Of a stretch of 64,000 bases of DNA, positions 50,206 to 58,881 are shown piece after piece. Position 1 is the first letter of the stretch; every line of letters begins with the position of its first letter. A model generated the notes under the pieces. That model worked only from the letters and a program-made list of their open reading frames with translations. It was not told the DNA's origin and did not search any database. Position numbers and translations under genes: made by a program. Source of the DNA: Gammaproteobacteria bacterium (GTDB lineage Bacteria > Pseudomonadota > Gammaproteobacteria > Ga0077536); assembly GCA_963662545.2 (NCBI GenBank), contig CAXXLL010000002.1, positions 224,001 through 288,000 of the forward strand, in the 5' to 3' direction.

Positions 50206-52146
50206 ATGGCCCCCGCTGATCATTCACATGGCGCGGCACACGCTCGCCATAGAAATCCCGGCCGACGGATTGCGCAAGCACTGGCATGGGTGTCGGCGCT
50301 GGCGATCGCGGGCCTCGTCGCTCTGATAAACAGCGACATCGTCAGCCGCACGCTGTTCGATGTACCCATTCGCGGGGTCACCGAAATCGTGTCGATTTCG
50401 ATCCCCTCACTCGTATTCCTGGCGGTCGCGGAGCTCTATGCCGCCGGCGGTCTGATTCGCGCGGGGATTCTGTCCCGCTGGTTCGATCCCCGGTCACACG
50501 TCTTTGGAGCGGCGCTCGAAACCGTTTTTCACGTGATCGCCGCGGTGCTGGTCTCGAGCTTATTCATTGCCACCTGGCCCAATTTCGTGCGCGCCTGGCG
50601 GACCGACGAATTTCTGGGCGTCGAAGGCGATTTCACGGCGCCGGTATGGCCCGCCAAGCTCGCGATCCTGACCGGCACGCTGCTGGTTGCGGGGTTCTCG
50701 CTGACGGCGGGCTTGCGCATGGCACGGGCGACCTTCGAACGCCTATGGAAAGCTGCCAGGCCAGGGCGTGATGTCTTGATTTGGAGTGCCGCCTGCCTGG
50801 CGATCCTGCTCATTCCCACTCTCTATTTCGCAATCGACACGCGCGTCGCCGCGGGCGGATTGTCGATCGCTGTCATGTTCGTCCTGCTCTACGCCGGCTT
50901 GCCCGTCGCTTTCGCTCTGATGAGCGCGGCGGCACTCGGCATCGCCTCCATCACGGGCAGTGCGATGATCGCCGTCGACACCCTCGGCCTCGCGGCCGCC
51001 GGCGCCGTCTCGTCGTACGTTTTTGCGGCGGTGCCCTTGTTCGTTGCGATGGGGCTGATCGTGGGGGCGGCCGATATCGGACGCGACAGCCTGCAGTCCG
51101 CGCACTGGTTCCTGCGCAGGCTCAAGGGCGGTCTCGGCGTCGCCACGGTGGCAGCCAACGCTGTGTTCGCCGCGATCACCGGGATTTCAATCGCTTCGGC
51201 CGCGATCTTCAGCAAGGTCGCGGTGCCCCCTCTGATTGAAAACGGATTTACAGCGCGTTTTGCCGTCGGCCTGGTCGCCGGATCTTCGGTGCTCGGCATG
51301 CTGATCCCGCCGAGCCTGCTCCTCATCATCTACGGTCTGGTCGCCGAGGTGTCCATCAATGCCCTTTTCATCGCCGCGATCATCCCGGGCTTACTGCTGG
51401 CGAGTGTCTTTTCCCTCGCGGTCGTTGCCGTGGCATGGCTCCGACCGGCCTTTGCTGTTTCCACGCGGACGATGACCGCACCGGGTACCACCATTAATGC
51501 AGCGGTCGCGGTGCGCAAAGCCATTCCGGTTGTCGTGTTGATCGGGATCGTTCTCGGCGGTATTTACGGCGGCATCTTCACCCCGACCGAGGCGGGCGCC
51601 GTGGGTTCGCTGTTTGCGTTCATCATCGCGCTCGTCATGCGCCGGCTCACTTTTAGACGCCTGTGCGGGCTGTTCTACGAAGCCGCCCAGACGTCCGCAT
51701 CTATTCTGTTCTTGATCGTGTCGGCATCGGTTTTCGGCATGATGATGACCTTGTCCGGCATTCCGGGCCACCTGGGTGCGGCGGCGGCCGAGGCGGGACT
51801 CGGCCTGAGCGCTTACGCCATCGGCTACCTGGCCGTTCTCATCGTGCTCGGCATGGTGCTCGATTCGACGTCCATATTGCTCATCATGGTGCCGCTCGCG
51901 GTACCGGCGGTGACAGCGCTGGGCGGTGATTTGATCTGGTTCGGTATCATCACCGTCATCGGCGTCGAAATCGGCCTGTTGACCCCGCCGCTTGGGCTGA
52001 GCGTGTTCGCGATCAAATCATCGCTGGATGACCCGTCGATTTCGCTCAACGACATCTTCATCGGCGCGATACCGTTCACGCTGATGATGCTGGCCGTGAC
52101 CCTGTGCCTGATTGCAATGCCGGGCTTGAGCCTGGTACTTCTTTAG
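50206..52146 (+). CDS. TRAP transporter fused small/large permease (DctQM)
   Basis: N-terminal DctQ-like TMs; AVPLF, LGMLIPPS, FTPTEAGA, GLLTPPLG. Confidence 0.9.
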   Translation: MAPADHSHGAAHARHRNPGRRIAQALAWVSALAIAGLVALINSDIVSRTLFDVPIRGVTEIVSISIPSLVFLAVAELYAAGGLIRAGILSRWFDPRSHVFGAALETVFHVIAAVLVSSLFIATWPNFVRAWRTDEFLGVEGDFTAPVWPAKLAILTGTLLVAGFSLTAGLRMARATFERLWKAARPGRDVLIWSAACLAILLIPTLYFAIDTRVAAGGLSIAVMFVLLYAGLPVAFALMSAAALGIASITGSAMIAVDTLGLAAAGAVSSYVFAAVPLFVAMGLIVGAADIGRDSLQSAHWFLRRLKGGLGVATVAANAVFAAITGISIASAAIFSKVAVPPLIENGFTARFAVGLVAGSSVLGMLIPPSLLLIIYGLVAEVSINALFIAAIIPGLLLASVFSLAVVAVAWLRPAFAVSTRTMTAPGTTINAAVAVRKAIPVVVLIGIVLGGIYGGIFTPTEAGAVGSLFAFIIALVMRRLTFRRLCGLFYEAAQTSASILFLIVSASVFGMMMTLSGIPGHLGAAAAEAGLGLSAYAIGYLAVLIVLGMVLDSTSILLIMVPLAVPAVTALGGDLIWFGIITVIGVEIGLLTPPLGLSVFAIKSSLDDPSISLNDIFIGAIPFTLMMLAVTLCLIAMPGLSLVLL

Positions 52147-52181
52147 GCGCCGAATCTTCCGCTGGGATCGATCATTATTGC

Positions 52182-52823
52182 TTACGCGCCCGGAATGACC
52201 TCGCCATAGGTGTCCAGATACGCGATTTCATCGAGCGGTTTTCGGTAAAGCTTCTTTGGAAAGGGCTTGACCGGCCAGCCGAGCGTGATCATCGCGGTCG
52301 TCGCAATGTCGTCGGGTATCGAGAGAACGGCTTTCACTTCAGGTTCCACGATGCAGAGAATCGTAGTGAGTGCCGTGCCGAGACCTTCGTTACGCGCCGC
52401 GAGCATGAGGTTCTGTATGGCAGGGTAGATCGAGGAGCCGCCGGCAACGCTTAAGCGGCCCAGATTCGCGTCGACCGCGGTGATTTCGTTGACCGCCGCG
52501 CATACGACGATCATGACGGGCACCTCGGCCAGGTGCTTTGCGAAATAGTCCACCCGTTCCATGAAGCCGGGGCGGAATCCGGCGCGAATCTCTCCGGATT
52601 GGTACTTCTGCATGATGCCGTCCCACACCGGCTGGTAGAGGTCGTGAAGTTTGCGACGCTTGTCGGCGTCCTTTACGGCGAGGAAGGTCACGGGTTGCTT
52701 GTTCGACCCGCTCGGGGCCCAGCGCGCACCGTCCAACACCTTGAGCAACAGAGCGTCCGGCACCGGGTCGGGCTTGTAATTACGGCACGCGTGGGTGGTC
52801 CGCATCGCTTCGATGAGATCCAT
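52182..52823 (-). CDS. Nitroreductase-family protein
   Basis: WAPSGSNKQP, SIYPAIQNLMLAARNEGLG, LGWP. Confidence 0.9.
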   Translation of the reverse strand: MDLIEAMRTTHACRNYKPDPVPDALLLKVLDGARWAPSGSNKQPVTFLAVKDADKRRKLHDLYQPVWDGIMQKYQSGEIRAGFRPGFMERVDYFAKHLAEVPVMIVVCAAVNEITAVDANLGRLSVAGGSSIYPAIQNLMLAARNEGLGTALTTILCIVEPEVKAVLSIPDDIATTAMITLGWPVKPFPKKLYRKPLDEIAYLDTYGEVIPGA

Positions 52824-53092
52824 GGCGGCTTCCTCAGTTTCTGACAACGGCGCGCAGTGTAGCAGTCCGCCATGGCTTAGCTAGTGTCCGTCCATAAACA
52901 GGCATTTTCTTCGATGGGCACGGAGAAATCGAGGTGTTGAAAGTAGGTTGTTGGAGCGGTAGCGGCGGTTCGGTGGGGGTCGAAGGGCTCTTCGAGCGTA
53001 ATTGTGAGTACGTTCGCCGGCCGCAGAGCGCTGCAACCCAAAGTCGCCCGTTCGACGATATCGAGGAGGTCAGTTAGTGCGAGTGAACGTCG

Positions 53093-54434
53093 CTATTCGA
53101 GTTGATAGCGCGCGAGCAGGCTGAGGTTGTAGGCGACCACAGAAGACCACACGTAGGCTTCGAAGTGCGGCAGGCTCTTCCAGGTGCAACGTGCCAATCC
53201 GTATGCACGCTTCAGGCAGGAGATACCGGCCTCGATGCCGGCGCGGAAGTTGCGCAAGCGTCGATAGACCCACTGACTCTTGACCATGTCGGCGATCGCG
53301 AGCCCGCGCTTCTTGTGGAAGGCAACGTCTTCGATGCCTTCTGCTTTCGCCGCCCGGAGATTGTCGAGGCTCGCATAGCCGCCATCGGCGGCGACCTGTC
53401 GTGGCATCGTCCCGTAGTGTGTTCGATGCCGTTCGAGCATCGGCATGAAGCGCTGACTATCGACCGGATTGCCTCGCTCGATGACCACGTCGAGGATGAG
53501 GCCACTGCGCCCCGAAGCCAGATTGATTTTGTGTCCGTACTGAACGTCGCGCGCACCCTTTATGATGATGTCGGTATGCGGCTCGAACAAGCTCACGCAC
53601 TTCTCGCTCGCGGGGACCTTCTCACCGCCGAACACCCGCCGCTCAGTTTGCGAAATCACCTGCAGAACAAGTGTTTCGTAGTGCGCTACCTGCGCTAGCC
53701 AGTCCGGCAGTTCAACGCCGGTGACGCCCGGGCTCAGCAGCTGCTCACGTACCCTCGCTACCGCTTCCAAGGTTGAACGCGTCGCCCCAATCAAATCGCG
53801 ATACAGACGTTGGCGTTGCTTCGCACCACGCGCATACCACAGCGCCCGCGCACGCTTCTTCGCCAATCGAGTGTGGTTCACGAAGCACAACTCCGGCGCG
53901 CCAGGCAACTCGCGCGCCTGTGCGAGCAGACGAACCACAACACGCACGCCATCCCACAGCAGATGACTGTCGCTCGGCGCGTGGATGGCACTGTCCGTTA
54001 CCGTGCTATCAATCCGTACACGCTGTGCCGGCTCAATGCGCGTCTCTTTCGCCGTCGCCAGCAGGGCGCGATGAATAGACTCCCACGTCGATACCTGGAT
54101 CGCCGAGACCACCCGCTGTAAGGCAGACTTCTTCGGACGTTCATTACCCGGCAACCGGGCGAAGGCCTGAAAGCTCGCCGAGTCCTGCAGGTGAAAGGCC
54201 AGCTCCTCGTAACTCAATTGCCGGTGCTGCTTGAGCACCGCGCAGCGCAGCACCGACTCCGCCGACAGTCCGCGTCGACCGGTGGGCTTCAAACCCCGCC
54301 GACACAGATCGTTCATGACCGGCGTGAGGACCTTGGGGTGAGCATCGAGCCACTCGGACATGCCCTGCAGCTCTCGCCCCAGGTCATGGTCAGCAAACAG
54401 CCGTACTCGCTTGGGCCGTGCGTTTCTGACGCAT
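53093..54434 (-). pseudogene. IS transposase copy 1 (5' end frameshifted near 54402)
   Basis: Same protein as copy 2 from MSEWLDAHP onward. CAGCCGTACTC here versus CAGCTCGTATATACTC in the other copies. Confidence 0.85.
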
Positions 54435-54485
54435 TCCCCCTCCTGTGGTGTCGAGGAGGAAAATCAGGTTTGCGAGTGAACGTCG

Positions 54486-55832
54486 CTATTCGAGTTGATA
54501 GCGCGCGAGCAGGCTGAGGTTGTAGGCGACCACAGAAGACCACACGTAGGCTTCGAAGTGCGGCAGGCTCTTCCAGGTGCAACGTGCCAATCCGTATGCA
54601 CGCTTCAGGCAGGAGATACCGGCCTCGATGCCGGCGCGGAAGTTGCGCAAGCGTCGATAGACCCACTGACTCTTGACCATGTCGGCGATCGCGAGCCCGC
54701 GCTTCTTGTGGAAGGCAACGTCTTCGATGCCTTCTGCTTTCGCCGCCCGGAGATTGTCGAGGCTCGCATAGCCGCCATCGGCGGCGACCTGTCGTGGCAT
54801 CGTCCCGTAGTGTGTTCGATGCCGTTCGAGCATCGGCATGAAGCGCTGACTATCGACCGGATTGCCTCGCTCGATGACCACGTCGAGGATGAGGCCACTG
54901 CGCCCCGAAGCCAGATTGATTTTGTGTCCGTACTGAACGTCGCGCGCACCCTTTATGATGATGTCGGTATGCGGCTCGAACAAGCTCACGCACTTCTCGC
55001 TCGCGGGGACCTTCTCACCGCCGAACACCCGCCGCTCAGTTTGCGAAATCACCTGCAGAACAAGTGTTTCGTAGTGCGCTACCTGCGCTAGCCAGTCCGG
55101 CAGTTCAACGCCGGTGACGCCCGGGCTCAGCAGCTGCTCACGTACCCTCGCTACCGCTTCCAAGGTTGAACGCGTCGCCCCAATCAAATCGCGATACAGA
55201 CGTTGGCGTTGCTTCGCACCACGCGCATACCACAGCGCCCGCGCACGCTTCTTCGCCAATCGAGTGTGGTTCACGAAGCACAACTCCGGCGCGCCAGGCA
55301 ACTCGCGCGCCTGTGCGAGCAGACGAACCACAACACGCACGCCATCCCACAGCAGATGACTGTCGCTCGGCGCGTGGATGGCACTGTCCGTTACCGTGCT
55401 ATCAATCCGTACACGCTGTGCCGGCTCAATGCGCGTCTCTTTCGCCGTCGCCAGCAGGGCGCGATGAATAGACTCCCACGTCGATACCTGGATCGCCGAG
55501 ACCACCCGCTGTAAGGCAGACTTCTTCGGACGTTCATTACCCGGCAACCGGGCGAAGGCCTGAAAGCTCGCCGAGTCCTGCAGGTGAAAGGCCAGCTCCT
55601 CGTAACTCAATTGCCGGTGCTGCTTGAGCACCGCGCAGCGCAGCACCGACTCCGCCGACAGTCCGCGTCGACCGGTGGGCTTCAAACCCCGCCGACACAG
55701 ATCGTTCATGACCGGCGTGAGGACCTTGGGGTGAGCATCGAGCCACTCGGACATGCCCTGCAGCTCTCGCCCCAGGTCATGGTCAGCAAACAGCTCGTAT
55801 ATACTCGCTTGGGCCGTGCGTTTCTGACGCAT
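54486..55832 (-). CDS. IS transposase copy 2 (intact, 448 aa)
   Basis: RIDSTV, SLFEPHT, ADGGY, FRAGIEAGISCLKRAYG DDE motifs. Confidence 0.92.
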   Translation of the reverse strand: MRQKRTAQASIYELFADHDLGRELQGMSEWLDAHPKVLTPVMNDLCRRGLKPTGRRGLSAESVLRCAVLKQHRQLSYEELAFHLQDSASFQAFARLPGNERPKKSALQRVVSAIQVSTWESIHRALLATAKETRIEPAQRVRIDSTVTDSAIHAPSDSHLLWDGVRVVVRLLAQARELPGAPELCFVNHTRLAKKRARALWYARGAKQRQRLYRDLIGATRSTLEAVARVREQLLSPGVTGVELPDWLAQVAHYETLVLQVISQTERRVFGGEKVPASEKCVSLFEPHTDIIIKGARDVQYGHKINLASGRSGLILDVVIERGNPVDSQRFMPMLERHRTHYGTMPRQVAADGGYASLDNLRAAKAEGIEDVAFHKKRGLAIADMVKSQWVYRRLRNFRAGIEAGISCLKRAYGLARCTWKSLPHFEAYVWSSVVAYNLSLLARYQLE

Positions 55833-56187
55833 TCCCCCTCCTGTGGTGTCGATGATTGTGTGGAAAATCAGAGGTTTGAAGTTCCATTAGATCACGACCC
55901 ACCGGAGGTTTGATCCCTTAAGCGACAAATTTTCCTTTTTATTTCAACCGCATCGCGTTTAGGGATGCACACTAGCTAGTGTCCGTCCATAAACAGGCAT
56001 TTTCTTCGATGGGCACGGAGAAATCGAGGTGTTGAAAGTAGGTTGTTGGAGCGGTAGCGGCGGTTCGGTGGGGGTCGAAGGGCTCTTCGAGCGTAATTGT
56101 GAGTACGTTCGCCGGCCGCAGAGCGCTGCAACCCAAAGTCGCCCGTTCGACGATATCGAGGAGGTCAGTTAGTGCGAGTGAACGTCG

Positions 56188-57532
56188 CTATTCGAGTTGA
56201 TAGCGCGCGAGCAGGCTGAGGTTGTAGGCGACCACAGAAGACCACACGTAGGCTTCGAAGTGCGGCAGGCTCTTCCAGGTGCAACGTGCCAATCCGTATG
56301 CACGCTTCAGGCAGGAGATACCGGCCTCGATGCCGGCGCGGAAGTTGCGCAAGCGTCGATAGACCCACTGACTCTTGACCATGTCGGCGATCGCGAGCCC
56401 GCGCTTCTTGGGAAGGCAACGTCTTCGATGCCTTCTGCTTTCGCCGCCCGGAGATTGTCGAGGCTCGCATAGCCGCCATCGGCGGCGACCTGTCGTGGCA
56501 TCGTCCCGTAGTGTGTTCGATGCCGTTCGAGCATCGGCATGAAGCGCTGACTATCGACCGGATTGCCTCGCTCGATGACCACGTCGAGGATGAGGCCACT
56601 GCGCCCCGAAGCCAGATTGATTTTGTGTCCGTACTGAACGTCGCGCGCACCCTTTATGATGATGTCGGTATGCGGCTCGAACAAGCTCACGCACTTCTCG
56701 CTCGCGGGGACCTTCTCACCGCCGAACACCCGCCGCTCAGTTTGCGAAATCACCTGCAGAACAAGTGTTTCGTAGTGCGCTACCTGCGCTAGCCAGTCCG
56801 GCAGTTCAACGCCGGTGACGCCCGGGCTCAGCAGCTGCTCACGTACCCTCGCTACCGCTTCCAAGGTTGAACGCGTCGCCCCAATCAAATCGCGATACAG
56901 ACGTTGGCGTGCTTCGCACCACGCGCATACCACAGCGCCCGCGCACGCTTCTTCGCCAATCGAGTGTGGTTCACGAAGCACAACTCCGGCGCGCCAGGCA
57001 ACTCGCGCGCCTGTGCGAGCAGACGAACCACAACACGCACGCCATCCCACAGCAGATGACTGTCGCTCGGCGCGTGGATGGCACTGTCCGTTACCGTGCT
57101 ATCAATCCGTACACGCTGTGCCGGCTCAATGCGCGTCTCTTTCGCCGTCGCCAGCAGGGCGCGATGAATAGACTCCCACGTCGATACCTGGATCGCCGAG
57201 ACCACCCGCTGTAAGGCAGACTTCTTCGGACGTTCATTACCCGGCAACCGGGCGAAGGCCTGAAAGCTCGCCGAGTCCTGCAGGTGAAAGGCCAGCTCCT
57301 CGTAACTCAATTGCCGGTGCTGCTTGAGCACCGCGCAGCGCAGCACCGACTCCGCCGACAGTCCGCGTCGACCGGTGGGCTTCAAACCCCGCCGACACAG
57401 ATCGTTCATGACCGGCGTGAGGACCTTGGGGTGAGCATCGAGCCACTCGGACATGCCCTGCAGCTCTCGCCCCAGGTCATGGTCAGCAAACAGCTCGTAT
57501 ATACTCGCTTGGGCCGTGCGTTTCTGACGCAT
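56188..57532 (-). pseudogene. IS transposase copy 3 (two 1-bp deletions)
   Basis: Single bases missing near 56410 (CTTGGGAAG vs CTTGTGGAAG) and near 56910 (GGCGTGC vs GGCGTTGC). Confidence 0.87.
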
Positions 57533-57707
57533 TCCCCCTCCTGTGGTGTCGATGATTGTGTGGAAAATCAGAGGTTTGAAGTTCCATTAGATCACGACCT
57601 ACCGGAGGTTTCGATCCCTTAAGCGACAAATTTTCCTTTTTATTTCAACCGCATCGCGTTTAGGGATGCACACTAGTTAGATTCCATTAGTCGCGCAGGA
57701 GCTTGCA

Positions 57708-58135
57708 ATGAATGTGGACATGACGGGCGGGTGTCTCTGCGGTGCGGTTCGTTATCGCTGCAAGGGTGATCCGTTGCGGCAGGGATTGTGTCAGTGCGAT
57801 CGGTGTCAGCGGCAGTCGGGATCAGCCTTTCTGATCGCCGTTATCTTCGAGCGGCACGCGGTCACCATCGAGCAGGGCGCGCTTCAGATCTTCGAGGCCC
57901 ATGCCGATGACGGGTCCGCGCTGTATCGACACTTCTGCCCGAACTGCGGATCGGCGGTGATGATTACCCTGGACCGTGATATCCTGAGATCCGTTCAATG
58001 ATGGGCGGCAGCCTGGATGATAAAAGTCGTCTCGCACCCGCGTTCAGCCTGTGGTGTTCTAGCGCGCAGCCGTGGTTGACACTGCCCGATGGTATCGAGC
58101 TTTTCCAGGGCTATCCGGATGGGCTGATCGCCTAG
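57708..58135 (+). pseudogene. GFA-family protein, frameshift near 57978
   Basis: GGCLCG, CQCDRC, FCPNCGS; continues in a shifted frame as YPEIRSMMGGSLDD...WCSSAQPW...*. Confidence 0.8.
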
Positions 58136-58147
58136 TGTAAGCCGTCG

Positions 58148-58801
58148 TCAGTGGCTGCCGCTGCTTTGAATCATGCATCCGTAATAGACCGCATCGGTCA
58201 GTGCGGCGCGGTGGCAGATGCGCACCGAGACCGCCACCGGGTCGTGCTGCTGCGGCATTTGGATTGCGAGCGCCAGCGATTGACGTTCGCGCAACAAGGC
58301 ATCGGTCTGTTCGTCGACGATGAAGCCGATGCCGCGTGTCGAGTGGTTGAGCACCTTAAGGTCGACTCGGGCTTCGCCGACCAAGGTCGCCGAAGCCGCG
58401 CTTTCGGGCTCCGATGCGGCCTCGCGTAGATCGGCGCGGCGGTTGAACACGCTGAAAAAATCACTGGTCGCGCGGTCCGACAAATCCGGCGTTTGTGTGA
58501 ACACCAGTGCGACGACGTGACGCGATGCCTTGATCGCGGAAAATATGATCCGCGCCGGAATGTCGGCGCAACCGTCGAGGCCGGGTGCCTGAACCGACGC
58601 CGTGACGTTTTCACCCGGTACGATGTTCAAAGTATTTGATCCTTCGAATTCGACCCGGGCGCCACTCAGATTGACGTCGATGACGGTGTCGGCGGTCACG
58701 CGCCGCCCGTCATGGATGATGCTGAGGATCGGCTCGAGGACCGGCGACGGTTCGAGCCGGTACCGTTCCCGACGATTGGAATCGATCGTGTTCTCTATCA
58801 T
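58148..58801 (-). CDS. Tandem PilZ-domain protein
   Basis: RRERYR...DVNLSG and RRADLR...NHSTRG. Start placed at ATG 58801. Confidence 0.75.
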   Translation of the reverse strand: MIENTIDSNRRERYRLEPSPVLEPILSIIHDGRRVTADTVIDVNLSGARVEFEGSNTLNIVPGENVTASVQAPGLDGCADIPARIIFSAIKASRHVVALVFTQTPDLSDRATSDFFSVFNRRADLREAASEPESAASATLVGEARVDLKVLNHSTRGIGFIVDEQTDALLRERQSLALAIQMPQQHDPVAVSVRICHRAALTDAVYYGCMIQSSGSH

Positions 58802-58881
58802 GGCCCCCTCCCGTGCGTGCGACTGTAACAGATCCGAACGGTCGGCAATGTGAATATTCGTTGACCGGCCGCGCCTGCCGC

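Larger units (their letters stand above)
52881..57676 (-). mobile_element. Head-to-tail triple of one ~1.7-kb IS (ISNCY / IS5-like DDE)
   Basis: Ends CTAGTGTCCGTCCATAAAC and GTTTAGGGATGCACACTAG (19-bp imperfect IR). TTAG flanks both outer ends (52877-52880, 57677-57680). Ends abut at 55975/55976. Confidence 0.9.

Noticed and set aside
58132-58138. CTAGTGT matching the IS terminal heptamer
   Set aside because: The match does not extend into the rest of the IR and coincides with the GFA stop codon; likely chance.
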